This document shows, piece by piece, positions 47,057-58,320 of a DNA stretch of 64,000 nt (the first letter of the stretch is position 1; each line of letters begins with the position of its first letter). The stretch comes from an uncultured delta proteobacterium (GTDB lineage Bacteria; Desulfobacterota; Desulfobacteria; Desulfobacterales; JAFDCJ01). The notes under the pieces are model-generated. The model was not told the DNA's origin. It was given only the letters and a program-made list of their open reading frames with translations, and did no database searches. Location: the NCBI GenBank assembly GCA_963769935.1, contig CAVYNY010000018.1, positions 64,001 through 128,000 on the forward strand, in the 5' to 3' direction. The position numbers and the translations under genes were made by a program.

Positions 47057-48064
47057 ATGGCAAAACGAACCACTATAATTTTACTGGTACTAATGCTGAT
47101 CGTCGGCGCGGCGCTGACGGACATTGGGGTTGCGAACGCCCAAGCCGCCGGCAAACAGTTTGAAGGCATCCGGATCGTTTTTTTCCCCGGCGGCAGTGAA
47201 GGGGGACCCTTTGCGTCGGTGGTTTACCGCGGCGCCAAAGCCGCTGAGGAAGATCTCGGCTGCATGGTGGATTACGTCTGGTCGGGTTGGCTGCCTGATA
47301 AAATGGTGGCGCAGTTCAAAGATGCGATTGCCAGGAGGCCGGACGGCATCGCCATCATGGGCCACCCGGGAGTTGCCGCTTATGCGCCGCTGGTGGACGA
47401 GGCGGAGTCCAAAGGCATTATTGTGACCAGCCAGAACACCACGCTGCCGGCGATCGAAGACAAATACAAGGCCCGGGGCTTTGGCTATGTCGGGCAGGAA
47501 CTCTATCCTTCCGGCGTCATGCTGGCCAAAGGTGCGGCTCAAAGAGCCGGTCTGAAAAAAGGTGACCGGGCCATGGTCTGGGGGCTGCTGGGGCAGGAAA
47601 CCCGGGGGCTGAGGACCAAAGGCTGTATCGATGCGCTCAAGCAGCTGGGAGTCACGGTCGATTATATCGAAATCTCGGATGCCGTTAACAGTGATGCGTC
47701 GCTGGGCACGCCGGTGGTTGCCAGCTATATCGCCACCCACCCGGATGTAAAACTGCTCATCACGGACCACGGTGCGTTGACCGCCACGCTGGGCACCTAC
47801 CTGAATGGCGCCCGCAAAAAACCGGGTGATATTTACACCGCCGGGTTTGATTTGAGTGCAGCCACCGCCGCGGCCATCACGGAAGGCTGGGTCGGCTGTG
47901 TTCTCGATCAGCAACCGTGGCTTCAAGGGTACCTGCCGATCCTGCAGATCTGCCTGACCAAAAAATACGGCTTTGCCGGTCTGCATATTGATACGGGCGC
48001 TGCCATCATCGATAAGACGAATATCGATTTTGTTGCGCCGCTGGCGGAAAAAGGCATCCGCTAA
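47057..48064 (+). CDS. Sugar ABC substrate-binding protein (RbsB-like fold)
   Basis: Signal peptide, PDGIAI, GFDLS, DQQPWLQGY, IDTG. Confidence 0.88.
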   Translation: MAKRTTIILLVLMLIVGAALTDIGVANAQAAGKQFEGIRIVFFPGGSEGGPFASVVYRGAKAAEEDLGCMVDYVWSGWLPDKMVAQFKDAIARRPDGIAIMGHPGVAAYAPLVDEAESKGIIVTSQNTTLPAIEDKYKARGFGYVGQELYPSGVMLAKGAAQRAGLKKGDRAMVWGLLGQETRGLRTKGCIDALKQLGVTVDYIEISDAVNSDASLGTPVVASYIATHPDVKLLITDHGALTATLGTYLNGARKKPGDIYTAGFDLSAATAAAITEGWVGCVLDQQPWLQGYLPILQICLTKKYGFAGLHIDTGAAIIDKTNIDFVAPLAEKGIR

Positions 48065-48075
48065 AAGGAGACCAG

Positions 48076-48855
48076 ATGGCCGCCGCGAATTCCGATCTTG
48101 CGTTGCTGTCCATGTCGAACATTTCAAAATCCTTTGGCGAGGTGGATGTGCTCACCAATGTCGATTTCGCGGTCGGCACGAATGAAATCGTCGGCCTGGT
48201 GGGCGACAACGGCGCCGGCAAATCCACCTTGATCAAAATCATCACCGGTGTGCATCCACCCACCGCCGGCGAGATTTACTTCAAAGGCGAGAAAATCACC
48301 CGGCATTCGGTCAAGCGCTCCCGCCGCCTGGGCATCGAAACCGTCTATCAGGAAAGGGCACTGGCCGATCAGCAGGCGCTCTGGCGCAATGTATTTGCCG
48401 GACGGGAGCTGACCTATAAATTCGGCTTTCTTAAAGTCAAACAGCAAAAAGCGGAAACCGACCGGCTGATCCGGGAGCATATGGGGTTTACCTCTAAAGC
48501 CATTGCCACGGATTCCATGGTTTTATCCCTGTCCGGCGGCGAGAAGCAGGGGATTGCTATCGGCCGCGCTCTTTACTTCGAAGCGGATTTAATCATTCTC
48601 GATGAGCCGACCATGGGCCTTTCCCTCTCCGAGACCCGCAAAGTGCTGGATTTTGTCCGCAACATCAAAAGGCAGGGAAAATCGGCCATCTTTATCAGCC
48701 ACAATATTTACTATGTATATCCGGTGGCCGACCGGTTCGTTATTCTGGACCGCGGCAGCGTGGCCGGAGAATTCTTGAAAGAAGACATTTCTCAGGAGGA
48801 TCTTGTTGAAAAGATGGTTCAGCTGGCACGCACGGGGAAATTGAGTCCGTATTGA
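48076..48855 (+). CDS. Sugar ABC ATPase, single NBD
   Basis: GDNGAGKST, LSGGEKQ, LDEPT, ISHN. Confidence 0.92.
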   Translation: MAAANSDLALLSMSNISKSFGEVDVLTNVDFAVGTNEIVGLVGDNGAGKSTLIKIITGVHPPTAGEIYFKGEKITRHSVKRSRRLGIETVYQERALADQQALWRNVFAGRELTYKFGFLKVKQQKAETDRLIREHMGFTSKAIATDSMVLSLSGGEKQGIAIGRALYFEADLIILDEPTMGLSLSETRKVLDFVRNIKRQGKSAIFISHNIYYVYPVADRFVILDRGSVAGEFLKEDISQEDLVEKMVQLARTGKLSPY

Positions 48856-49024
48856 ACAGAAAATGCCCCCTGCGGCGAAAATTGCGGAATGGGCAAAAAG
48901 AATCCGCCGGCGGACCGTGTTCTCAGTGCCTTGTGGTGAAAAGATATTACTGCTAATACGTCACCGCAATTATGAATAAGAGCACTAAATGATTGCTTTA
49001 TTTTAAAAATCTGAGGATAGCCGG

Positions 49025-49984
49025 TTGAAAACAGCTACAATGCGACAGGCAAGGCTGGAGCTGAGTATCGCCGCCGTAATGGTGGGTATCTTTTTGCTGT
49101 TTATTGTCGGCAACCCCAGGGTGTTTACGCGATTTGATATCTACTACTCCTTCATGTCGACCATTCCGTTTTTCGGGATTATGGCCCTGGCCATGACGCC
49201 GGTGGTAACCCTGGGTGAGATGGATCTCTCCTTTCCCTCCGTGCTGGCCCTGTCCGCTCTTCTTTTCGGCAAGGTCTTTATGCTGACGGGAAACATCTGG
49301 CTGGCCGTCCTGGTGTGTCTGACAATCGGCCTGCTGGCCGGGGCCGTGAACGCTGTTCTGATCGTTCGGGTGGGAATACCATCACTGGTGGCCACCATCG
49401 GAACCATGTTCTTTTTTCGCGGCATGGTCAACGTCATCGCCCAGGGTAAGGGAATACCGCTCGTCGCAGCGAAAACGACCCTGGTTTACAGTTTGGCGGT
49501 CGGGCGAATCGGCGGCGTTGTCCCGGCCCAGGCGGTATGGATGCTGGTGCTGGGCATTGCCTTCTGGCTATTGATGAATCGTCACCGATTCGGCTCCCAC
49601 ATTCTTTTTGTCGGCGACAACATGGATAGCTCCCGCATGATGGGCATCAACGTTGAACGGGTGAAAACGATCGTCTTTATGCAGATGGGGTTTTTTGCGG
49701 CGTTTGCCGGGATATTATCCACGCTTGAAGTCACCTACTTCTGGCCGAGTCAGGGCCAGGGGTATCTGCTGACCACCCTGGCGGCCGTATTCATCGGGGG
49801 CACCTCCGTCTTCGGCGGAATGGGCACGATTTTCGGAACCTTTGCCGGCGCCGTCATCATCGGTTCACTGGAAGCCGGAATCATTGCCATCGGTCTGACC
49901 GGATTCTGGATTCAGCTGATATACGGTTTGATTATCATGGTCTCGGTGTCGATTTACGCGATCCTGTTGAAGCGCAAAGCATAG
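49025..49984 (+). CDS. Sugar ABC permease
   Basis: GEMDLS, GIPSLVATIG, AAVFIGGTS. Confidence 0.9.
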   Translation: MKTATMRQARLELSIAAVMVGIFLLFIVGNPRVFTRFDIYYSFMSTIPFFGIMALAMTPVVTLGEMDLSFPSVLALSALLFGKVFMLTGNIWLAVLVCLTIGLLAGAVNAVLIVRVGIPSLVATIGTMFFFRGMVNVIAQGKGIPLVAAKTTLVYSLAVGRIGGVVPAQAVWMLVLGIAFWLLMNRHRFGSHILFVGDNMDSSRMMGINVERVKTIVFMQMGFFAAFAGILSTLEVTYFWPSQGQGYLLTTLAAVFIGGTSVFGGMGTIFGTFAGAVIIGSLEAGIIAIGLTGFWIQLIYGLIIMVSVSIYAILLKRKA

Positions 49985-50001
49985 TACCGCTTAGAAAATT
50001 T

Positions 50002-50169
50002 TGATGAATTTGTAAAAAGTCGAATTCATCATGTCTGTGGTATTTGTGTTTGGTGTTTGGTATCAAGTATTCAGCGGCATATGAGGGTGTCAGGTCACTA
50101 AACACAAAATACAAAACACTAAACACTCTCGTAAAAAGATCATTTTTTTGACTTTTTACGAGACCGTCA
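50002..50169. mobile_element. MITE-like element containing nested heptamer-arm repeat
   Basis: TGATGAATTTGTAAAAAGTC ... GACTTTTTACGAGACCGTCA inverted ends; ATTT on both flanks; inner GTGTTTG/CTAAACA arms. Confidence 0.65.
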
Positions 50170-50195
50170 ATTTCGACGAAGGGAGTTCAACATAT

Positions 50196-51203
50196 ATGAA
50201 AGTCTTACGTTTGCACGCGGTCGGCGATTTACGACTGCATGATGAAAATGATCCGCTTCCCAATGACGATGAGAGTTTGCTGCGTATAACGGCAGTCGGG
50301 ATTTGCGGGTCCGATTTACATTGGTATGAGGAGGCCGGCATTGGCGATGCGCATTTAAAAAGACCGCTTGTTCTCGGCCACGAGTTTGCGGGAATCATTG
50401 ATTCCGGAGATCAGCAGGGCCGGATAGCAGCGGTTGATCCGGCCATTGCCTGCCGGCAATGCCGCTATTGTGAGGAGGGCAACCCCAACCTGTGTGACAA
50501 TGTGCGCTTTGCCGGCCACGATGCGGTGGATGGCGCCCTGCGTGAAAAAATTTGCTGGCCGAAATCCCTGGTGCACGTGTTGCCGGATGAATTTACCGCT
50601 GCCGACGGGGCGATGTTGGAACCGCTGGGAGTTGCCCTGCATGCGTTGTCTTTGGGGCATGTGCTGCCGGGAATGTCGGTCGGCATATTCGGGTGCGGGC
50701 CGATTGGTCTTTTGCTGGTTCAACTTGCGCGGGCGGCCGGCGCGGCTAAAATCATCGCCACCGACCGTTTAGCCAACCGTCTAGATGCGGCCAGGGCATT
50801 TGGTGCTTCCAGCATCATATTGGCGGCCGGCGGCCGGGAAAACGCGGAGGTGGAAGCCGCCGCCCCGGGCGACGGCGTCGATATCGCCTTTGAAGCCGCC
50901 GGCGACAACGAGGCCGTCGCAACAGCGATTCGGGCAACCCGGCCGGGCAGACAGGTTATTCTGATCGGGATTCCGGATGACGATCGAACGGCATTTCCAG
51001 CTTCGATTGCCCGGCGCAAAGGATTGACGCTAAAGCTGGTGCGAAGGATGAAACACACCTACCCGCTCGCCATTCGGATGGTGCAAAGCGGCGTTGTGGA
51101 CGTCCGGTCCATAGTAACACACCGCTTTCCATTATCCGAATACAAAACGGCCTTTGAAACTGCCAAAAAAAGAGAAGGCCTAAAGATTGTTATCGAACCA
51201 TAA
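50196..51203 (+). CDS. Zn-dependent polyol (sorbitol/iditol-type) dehydrogenase
   Basis: GICGSDLH, GHE, CxxCxxC...C, GCGPIG. Confidence 0.88.
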   Translation: MKVLRLHAVGDLRLHDENDPLPNDDESLLRITAVGICGSDLHWYEEAGIGDAHLKRPLVLGHEFAGIIDSGDQQGRIAAVDPAIACRQCRYCEEGNPNLCDNVRFAGHDAVDGALREKICWPKSLVHVLPDEFTAADGAMLEPLGVALHALSLGHVLPGMSVGIFGCGPIGLLLVQLARAAGAAKIIATDRLANRLDAARAFGASSIILAAGGRENAEVEAAAPGDGVDIAFEAAGDNEAVATAIRATRPGRQVILIGIPDDDRTAFPASIARRKGLTLKLVRRMKHTYPLAIRMVQSGVVDVRSIVTHRFPLSEYKTAFETAKKREGLKIVIEP

Positions 51204-51443
51204 TGCCGGAAGCAGATCTTCAAAAAACGAATGTCGAATGTCGATCGTCAAATGGAGGTATTCTGACTATTTTTAGGAATGACCGAGCGCAGTGAAACCA
51301 GCTTTCGAGATGCTGGGATTCGTCATTATGCTGTTCTAAGGTTTGCTGTTCAAACTTGGTGATGTTTCACATGAGCTCGGCCTCTGGCCGCGAGCGTTCA
51401 GTCTGATCAGAAAAAAAACTTTATAATTGGAGAGAAAAAGACG

Positions 51444-51596
51444 AATGGATTCTCATTTTAAAGAAAATAATTGGACAGGATCAACAGGATCGTTAGGATA
51501 ATGCGGCCTTCGGCCGAAAGGCCCCTCGCCGCAGGCGAAAAAATTCCTGATAATCCTGTTAATCCTGTCTAAATAAAATATAAGCCGAATCCATTC
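51444..51596. repeat. Nested palindromic element
   Basis: GAATGGATTC/GAATCCATTC outer IR, GACAGGAT/ATCCTGTC nonamer arms, central CGGCCTTCGGCCG. Confidence 0.75.
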
Positions 51597-51662
51597 CACA
51601 TACCTTCATTGAAGTTTCACATGAGATCTCCGGGTTTTGGAAGCGGTCAGAAGGAGTAAATC

Positions 51663-53342
51663 ATGAGCACAAACAAATATGCCCTTGGCATCGATTTCGG
51701 CACCGAATCGGGACGCGCGGTTTTGGTGGAAACCAAGACCGGCCGGGAAATTGCCGCAGCCGTTTATTCCTATGAAAACGGCGTCATTGATGAAAAACTG
51801 CCGGTGGATGGTGCGCCGGTCCGGCTCGAACCCGAATGGGCGCTGCAGGACCCGCAAGACTATATTCGAACCTTCCGGCAGACGGTACCGGCGGTACTGT
51901 CCCAAGCCGGGGTTCATCCGGAGGATGTCATCGGCATCGGCATCGACTTTACCGCCTGCACCATGATGCCGGTCAAAAGCGACGGTACGCCCCTGTGCGA
52001 CCTGCCCGAATATCGACGCCACCCGCATGCCTGGGTCAAACTTTGGAAACACCACGCCGCCCAGCCGGAAGCGGATAAAATCAACGCCGCCGCTCGCCGC
52101 CTGGGCGAAGCCTGGCTTGACCGCTATGGCGGGAAAATTTCATCGGAATGGTTTTTTTCCAAAGCGCTGCAGATCCTGGACGAGGCGCCTGAAATCTATG
52201 CCGCCGCCGATCGTCTGATCGAAGCCGCCGACTGGGTGGTCTGGCAATTGACCGGCGTCGAAAAGCGCAATTCATGCACCGCCGGCTACAAAGCCATGTG
52301 GTCCAAACGGGAAGGGTACCCGCCGAACGCCTTTTTCAGGGAGCTGGACCCGCGCCTGGAAAAGATCGTCGACGAAAAAATGGCGCGCACGATTTACCCC
52401 ATCGGCGCCAGGGCCGGGGAACTCACCGCCCGGGCCGCCGCCTGGACCGGCCTCAAGGAGGGCACGGCGGTGGCCGTCGCCAATGTCGACGCCCATGTTT
52501 CGGTGCCGGCCGCCACGGTGACCGAACCCGGACGGATGGTGATGATTATGGGCACCAGTATCTGCCACATGTTGCTGGGCGAGGAAGAGCGGCGGGTGGA
52601 AGGGATGTGCGGGGTGGTCGAAGACGGTATCATTCCGGGGTTGTTCGGATATGAGGCCGGCCAATCCGGGGTCGGCGATATTTTTGCCTGGTTTGTAAAT
52701 AACGGCATTCCCGCCGCCTATCAGCGCGAGGCCCGCGAACGGGCCATGGATATTCATCAGCTGCTGGAAGAAAAGGCGGCCTTGCAAAAACCCGGTCAGC
52801 ACGGACTGTTGGCGCTGGATTGGTGGAACGGCAACCGCTCGGTGCTGGTGGACGTGGAACTCTCGGGCCTTTTAATCGGAGCGACCCTGGCCACCAAAGC
52901 CGAAGACATTTACCGGTCGCTGATTGAAGCGACGGCCTACGGAACCCGGGTCATCATCGAAGCCTTTGAAAAAAACGGTGTGCGGGTGGAAGAGCTCGTC
53001 GCCTGCGGCGGACTGCCGGAAAAAAACAAGCTGTTGATGCAAATATATGCCGATGTCAGTGGGCGTAATTTTAAAATTTCAGCCGCTAAACAAACGCCCG
53101 CCCTGGGGTCGGCGATGTTCGGGGCGGTGGCGGCCGGCCGCCGGGCCGGCGGGTATGACACCATTATTGAAGCCGCCCGCCGCATGGCCAGGTTAAAGGA
53201 TGAAGTGTACCGGCCGATCCCTGCCAATCGGAAAATTTATGATCGGCTGTTTGCCGATTACGTGCGCCTGCACGATTACTTCGGTCGCGGGGAAAACAAT
53301 GTGATGAAGACCCTCAAGCGGATACGGAACGAGGTGAGCTAA
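51663..53342 (+). CDS. araB: L-ribulokinase
   Basis: [42 protein letters not shown]. Confidence 0.93.
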   Translation: MSTNKYALGIDFGTESGRAVLVETKTGREIAAAVYSYENGVIDEKLPVDGAPVRLEPEWALQDPQDYIRTFRQTVPAVLSQAGVHPEDVIGIGIDFTACTMMPVKSDGTPLCDLPEYRRHPHAWVKLWKHHAAQPEADKINAAARRLGEAWLDRYGGKISSEWFFSKALQILDEAPEIYAAADRLIEAADWVVWQLTGVEKRNSCTAGYKAMWSKREGYPPNAFFRELDPRLEKIVDEKMARTIYPIGARAGELTARAAAWTGLKEGTAVAVANVDAHVSVPAATVTEPGRMVMIMGTSICHMLLGEEERRVEGMCGVVEDGIIPGLFGYEAGQSGVGDIFAWFVNNGIPAAYQREARERAMDIHQLLEEKAALQKPGQHGLLALDWWNGNRSVLVDVELSGLLIGATLATKAEDIYRSLIEATAYGTRVIIEAFEKNGVRVEELVACGGLPEKNKLLMQIYADVSGRNFKISAAKQTPALGSAMFGAVAAGRRAGGYDTIIEAARRMARLKDEVYRPIPANRKIYDRLFADYVRLHDYFGRGENNVMKTLKRIRNEVS

Positions 53343-53343
53343 T

Positions 53344-53506
53344 TACAGAGAAGGCCATAATTAAGTAAACATAAAAGATGTCTCTGTCAGCCACCATGTT
53401 TTATTAATTTAGAAATGGCATTCGGCGCAGGGCTTTAGGCACAAGGTAAAGGTTTTTTTCGATTTTAAATACATCTTATGTCTAATAATTTATGCTCGGC
53501 TCAGTA
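53344..53506. mobile_element. ~164-bp MITE-like element, copy 2
   Basis: Direct-orientation diverged copy of 46848-47011. Confidence 0.75.
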
Positions 53507-53559
53507 AGCCCGCCCTGAAAAACAGCACATTGATGTAAGCCATTGGCCGTATTGATAGA

Positions 53560-54639
53560 TTGAAAGTTATCCACATGTGCGAATTCCCTCACCGCCGCTT
53601 TAACCCGTTAACCGGTGAATGGATTCTGGTGTCGCCCCATCGCACCCAACGACCCTGGCAGGGGCAGCAGGAATCATCCGGCCGGCCGGATCTTCCGGAC
53701 TATGACCCGGACTGCTACTTGTGTCCGGGCAATTCACGGACGGGCGGCAGTCGCAACCCGGACTACCGGGATATATTCGTATTCGACAACGACTTTCCGG
53801 CGCTGCTGCCCGACCTCCCGGCCCGAAAAATGAATGCCGCCGGCTTGCTGAAAGCAACGCCAGAAAAGGGCCTTTGCCGGGTCATGTGTTTTTCGCCGCG
53901 CCACGATCTTTCCCTGCCGCAGATGGCGCCTGCCATGATTCAAAAAGTCATCGCCGAATGGGCCCGTCAATACCTTGAACTTGGCAAACTTGCGTGGATC
54001 AATCATATTCAGATCTTTGAAAACAAAGGCGCTATGATGGGCGCCAGCAACCCGCATCCCCATTGCCAGATTTGGGCCGGCCAAAGCATACCGGCCGAAC
54101 CGGCCAAAGAGCTGACGGCCTGCAGCCGCTATATGCAGGCCGAATCAGCGTGTTTGTTGTGTGATTATCTTGGGTTGGAACTTCAACGGGATGAACGGCT
54201 TGTTATGGAAAACGGCAGTTTTGTGGTTGTGGTTCCTTTTTGGGCGATCTGGCCGTATGAAACCCTGCTCATCTCACGTCGCCATGTCGCCGACCTGGCA
54301 GAATTGACGCCGGATGAACAGCGGGACCTGGCCGACATTTTGAAACGGTTGACCATACGCTATGACAACCTTTTTCAAACTTCTTTCCCGTATTCCATGG
54401 GCTGGCATCAATGTCCCACCGACGGGCGACCGTATCCGCAGCTGCACCTGCATGCGCACTTCTACCCGCCGCTGCTCAGATCGGCGACCGTGCGCAAATT
54501 TATGGTGGGCTTTGAAATGCTGGGGGAACCGCAGCGCGACATTACCGCGGAGACCGCCGCCCTGCAATTAAGACAGCTGCCGGAAGAGCATTTCCGCGCC
54601 GCATCGGCAAATGGGCCTCCGGCCGGCCGGCTCTCCTGA
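53560..54639 (+). CDS. galT: Galactose-1-phosphate uridylyltransferase
   Basis: [36 protein letters not shown]. Confidence 0.96.
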   Translation: MKVIHMCEFPHRRFNPLTGEWILVSPHRTQRPWQGQQESSGRPDLPDYDPDCYLCPGNSRTGGSRNPDYRDIFVFDNDFPALLPDLPARKMNAAGLLKATPEKGLCRVMCFSPRHDLSLPQMAPAMIQKVIAEWARQYLELGKLAWINHIQIFENKGAMMGASNPHPHCQIWAGQSIPAEPAKELTACSRYMQAESACLLCDYLGLELQRDERLVMENGSFVVVVPFWAIWPYETLLISRRHVADLAELTPDEQRDLADILKRLTIRYDNLFQTSFPYSMGWHQCPTDGRPYPQLHLHAHFYPPLLRSATVRKFMVGFEMLGEPQRDITAETAALQLRQLPEEHFRAASANGPPAGRLS

Positions 54640-54647
54640 AAGATTTT

Positions 54648-55796
54648 ATGCCACTGATTTCACAGACGGTCGCGTCCCATCGCACCCACTTTGACCGGCC
54701 CGCGACGCCCCGTATTTTCCAGGCGCCCGGCCGGGTCAATCTGGTCGGCGACCACACGGATTACAACGATGGATTTGTGCTGCCGGCCGCCATCGATCGG
54801 CAAATTGTGGTTGCGGCCACTCCCAGGCGGGACTCCCGGGTCAATGTGTATGCCCTGGATTTTGATCAATGGGATCATTTTGATTTGCAAAATGAAATTG
54901 CGCGGCTCGGCGAAAATTCCTGGGGCAACTATATCCGGGGCATGGCGTGGTCGCTGCTGCGGGAAGGCTGTCGATTAAGGGGCATGGATGCCGCCGTGTC
55001 CGGAAATATTCCCATCGGCGCCGGCCTGAGCTCATCGGCGGCAATTGAAGTGGCCGCCGGCTATGCCATGCTGCAACTGTCGGAACAAGAGTGCGATCGA
55101 ACGTGCCTGGCCCTGGCCGCCCAAAAAGCCGAAAACGACTTTGTGGGGATGCGCTGCGGTATTATGGATCAGTATATTTCATGTTTGGGGCGGCAAAATC
55201 ATGCGCTGCTCATCGACTGCCGCGACCTGAGGTATCGGGCCCTGCCGTTGCCGTCCGGGGCCCGGATCGTCATTGTCGACAGCGGCGTCCACCGTGGCCT
55301 GGTGGATATGGCGTACAACGCACGCCGCCTGGAATGTGAAGCCGCCGCCGCCCATTTCGGTGTCTGCGCGCTGCGGGACGTCAGCCTGCAGGCATTTAAG
55401 GCCCGGGCCCATGAATTGGACCCGACCGCACGCCGTCGAGCCCGGCATGTGATCACCGAAAACGATCGCACCGCAGCGGCGGCCGAAGCCTTAACGGCCG
55501 AAGATCTCAAGACCGTCGGCAGCTTGATGGTTGCTTCCCATGCCAGTTTGCGGGATGACTTTGAAGTCAGCTGCCCTGAACTCGATCTATTGGTGGAGAT
55601 TGCCCTGGAAGTGCAAGGCGTATACGGCGCCCGTCTGACCGGCGCCGGATTCGGGGGATCCATGGTGGCCCTGGTGCAGCCGGAAGCGGCGGCGGATTTA
55701 GCCGCCGCCGTCGCAGCGCGTTATGGAACCGTATCGGATCGCCGGGCAACCGTCTATGTCTGCAGGGCATCTGAGGGAGTGTCGGAAATTACATAA
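54648..55796 (+). CDS. galK: Galactokinase
   Basis: APGRVNLVGDHTDYNDG, GLSSSAA, CGIMDQ, GAGFGG. Confidence 0.95.
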   Translation: MPLISQTVASHRTHFDRPATPRIFQAPGRVNLVGDHTDYNDGFVLPAAIDRQIVVAATPRRDSRVNVYALDFDQWDHFDLQNEIARLGENSWGNYIRGMAWSLLREGCRLRGMDAAVSGNIPIGAGLSSSAAIEVAAGYAMLQLSEQECDRTCLALAAQKAENDFVGMRCGIMDQYISCLGRQNHALLIDCRDLRYRALPLPSGARIVIVDSGVHRGLVDMAYNARRLECEAAAAHFGVCALRDVSLQAFKARAHELDPTARRRARHVITENDRTAAAAEALTAEDLKTVGSLMVASHASLRDDFEVSCPELDLLVEIALEVQGVYGARLTGAGFGGSMVALVQPEAAADLAAAVAARYGTVSDRRATVYVCRASEGVSEIT

Positions 55797-55852
55797 TTTG
55801 TGGTTTTTTTAACCAGCTAAAATGTTACCAAAATTAGAGAAAGGGACAAGCG

Positions 55853-57364
55853 ATGCAGGATTTAAAAAAATATGAAGTCTGGTTTTTGACCGGCAGTCAG
55901 CACCTTTACGGTGACGAAACCCTCCGGCAGGTTGCCGAACACGCCCGCACAATAGCCGCTGCCCTTTCTTCCTCCAAGGCGATCCCTGTCCGGGTGGTTT
56001 GCAAGCCGGTCCTGACCACGGCGGAAGCCATTTCGAAGCTCTGTCTTGAAGCCGCCGCCGAATCGGCCTGCGTCGGTCTGATCGCCTGGATGCACACATT
56101 TTCGCCGGCCAAGATGTGGATCGCGGGTTTAAAGGCGCTGCAAAAGCCCTTTCTGCATCTTCATACTCAGTACAACCGCGATATTCCCTGGTCGCAGATT
56201 GACATGGATTTCATGAACTTAAATCAGTCGGCCCACGGCGGCCGGGAGTTCGGGTACATCTGCACCCGCCTGGGCAAACAAAGAAAGGTGGTCGTCGGCC
56301 ACTGGCAGGACCCGACGGTCCAGGAAAAGCTGAATACCTGGATGCGGGCGGCCTGTGCGTGGCATGATGCGCAGCAAGGCAAAATCGCCCGCTTCGGGGA
56401 CAATATGCGGGATGTGGCCGTTACCGAAGGCGATAAGGTCGAAGCTCAACTGCGGCTTGGCTATGCGGTGAACGGCTACGGCGTCGGTGACTTGGCCGCC
56501 TACGTCAAAGCAATAGAGGATTCGGCCGTCGACCGGCTGATCGGCGAATATGCCGAGTTGTATGATATTGCTGGATCCGCCGCCAGGGGCGGCAGCCGTC
56601 ATCATGCGCTGCGGGAATCCGCCCGCATCGAACTGGGTATGCGGGCGTTTTTAAAAGAGGGCAACTTTAATGGGTTTACAACGACGTTCGAAGATTTGCA
56701 CGGGTTGGAACAATTGCCCGGTTTGGCAGTCCAAAGACTCATGGCCGACGGCTATGGCTTCGGCGCTGAAGGCGACTGGAAAACAGCCGCCTTGGTCAGA
56801 GCCCTGAAAGTGATGTCGATCGGTCTTGGGGGAGGGACATCTTTCATGGAAGACTACACCTATCACCTGGATCCGTCCGGGATGAAAGTGCTGGGCGCCC
56901 ATATGCTTGAAGTCTGCGCCAGCATCGCACAGGGCCGTGCCGCAATCGCCGTCCATCCGCTTTCAATCGGAGGCAAAGCCGATCCGGCGCGTCTGGTGTT
57001 TAACGTTGCCGTGGGTGATGCCCTGAATGCATCCATCATCGATTTGGGCGACCGTTTCCGCATGATTGTCAATGAGGTTGCGGTGGTTGCACCGGATGAA
57101 CCGCTGCCCAAATTACCGGTCGCGCGGGTCATGTGGGTGCCGAAACCCGATTTGGCAACTGCGGCCGGGGCCTGGATCTTGGCCGGCGGGGCTCATCACA
57201 CCGCCTTCAGTCAATCCGTAACAAGCGATCATCTGGAAGATTTTGCCGAAATGGCCCGGATTGAATTTTTGCTGATCAATGCGGAAACGAGATTATCCGA
57301 CTTTAAAAAGGAACTGCGTTGGAATGAGGCTTACTACCTTAATAGAGTCAAAGGACTCTATTAA
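55853..57364 (+). CDS. araA: L-arabinose isomerase
   Basis: [38 protein letters not shown]. Confidence 0.97.
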   Translation: MQDLKKYEVWFLTGSQHLYGDETLRQVAEHARTIAAALSSSKAIPVRVVCKPVLTTAEAISKLCLEAAAESACVGLIAWMHTFSPAKMWIAGLKALQKPFLHLHTQYNRDIPWSQIDMDFMNLNQSAHGGREFGYICTRLGKQRKVVVGHWQDPTVQEKLNTWMRAACAWHDAQQGKIARFGDNMRDVAVTEGDKVEAQLRLGYAVNGYGVGDLAAYVKAIEDSAVDRLIGEYAELYDIAGSAARGGSRHHALRESARIELGMRAFLKEGNFNGFTTTFEDLHGLEQLPGLAVQRLMADGYGFGAEGDWKTAALVRALKVMSIGLGGGTSFMEDYTYHLDPSGMKVLGAHMLEVCASIAQGRAAIAVHPLSIGGKADPARLVFNVAVGDALNASIIDLGDRFRMIVNEVAVVAPDEPLPKLPVARVMWVPKPDLATAAGAWILAGGAHHTAFSQSVTSDHLEDFAEMARIEFLLINAETRLSDFKKELRWNEAYYLNRVKGLY

Positions 57365-57370
57365 GGTGTC

Positions 57371-57515
57371 GGTTGTGGGTTGTAAGTTGTGTGTTGCATG
57401 TTGTGTGTTGCTTCATAGGATGACTTCAAATTTATATTCGCTGGGATCGTGAAATATAGAATTCAAATTGATATCATCCGAATCTCCAACAAACAACATC
57501 CAACTTACAACATGC
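57371..57515. repeat. Inverted arms of GTTG heptamer units
   Basis: GTTGTGGGTTGTAAGTTGTGTGTTGCATGTTG / CAACAAACAACATCCAACTTACAACATGCA. Confidence 0.75.
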
Positions 57516-57586
57516 ATTGAGCGGTACGACTCAATTTGAGTGCTATAAATTAAAGCATATGTGTTGCTAAAGAGGAGCCACAACGC

Positions 57587-58291
57587 ATGGATTTAAAGCA
57601 ATTGAAAGAATCGGTTTATCAGGCCAATATGGCGCTCAGCGCCAGCGGCCTGGTACTGTTTACCTTCGGCAATGTTTCCGGCGTTGATCGGGAGCGCCGC
57701 TTGCTGGTGATCAAGCCCAGCGGGGTGCCCTATGAGTCGCTGTCGCCCGATAACATGGTGTGCGTTTCACTTGAAAGCGGTGCTGTGATCGACGGCGATC
57801 TCAACCCCTCTTCGGACACCGCCACGCACTTGGCGCTTTACCGGGCGTTTACGGCTTGCGGCGGGATCGTCCATACGCATTCGGAATATGCCACGGCCTG
57901 CGCCCAGGCCCGCATTCCGATCCGCTGCATGGGAACCACCCAAGCCGACTACTTTTTCGGCGACATCCCGGTGACGCGCGCGATGACCCGGGCTGAAACC
58001 ATTGAAAACTATGAGAAAAACACCGGCCTGGTGATTACCGAGACTTTTAAAAAGTTGGACCCGCAGCAAATTCCGGCCGTGCTCGTTGCCAACCACGGTC
58101 CGTTTGTCTGGGGACCCAATCCGCAGGATGCGGTTCATCACGCCGTGGTCCTTGAATTTCTGGCGAAAATGGAACTGCACATCCGGCAGTTGAATCCGGA
58201 CGCTCCCCGACCCGCCCGGCACCTTATCGAAAAGCATTATCTGCGCAAGCATGGTGCCGCTGCCTACTATGGACAGCGTTCCCAAAAGTAA
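57587..58291 (+). CDS. araD: L-ribulose-5-phosphate 4-epimerase
   Basis: TFGNVS, IKPSG, PSSDT, HTHS, RKHG. Confidence 0.92.
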   Translation: MDLKQLKESVYQANMALSASGLVLFTFGNVSGVDRERRLLVIKPSGVPYESLSPDNMVCVSLESGAVIDGDLNPSSDTATHLALYRAFTACGGIVHTHSEYATACAQARIPIRCMGTTQADYFFGDIPVTRAMTRAETIENYEKNTGLVITETFKKLDPQQIPAVLVANHGPFVWGPNPQDAVHHAVVLEFLAKMELHIRQLNPDAPRPARHLIEKHYLRKHGAAAYYGQRSQK

Positions 58292-58320
58292 ATTTTTTCA
58301 AGAAATAGGGGAGAACAAAT

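Noticed and set aside
41321..48127. Long minus-strand ORFs (41321-41992, 42742-43353, 43926-44726, 47090-48127)
   Set aside because: Antisense shadows of GC-rich ABC transporter genes
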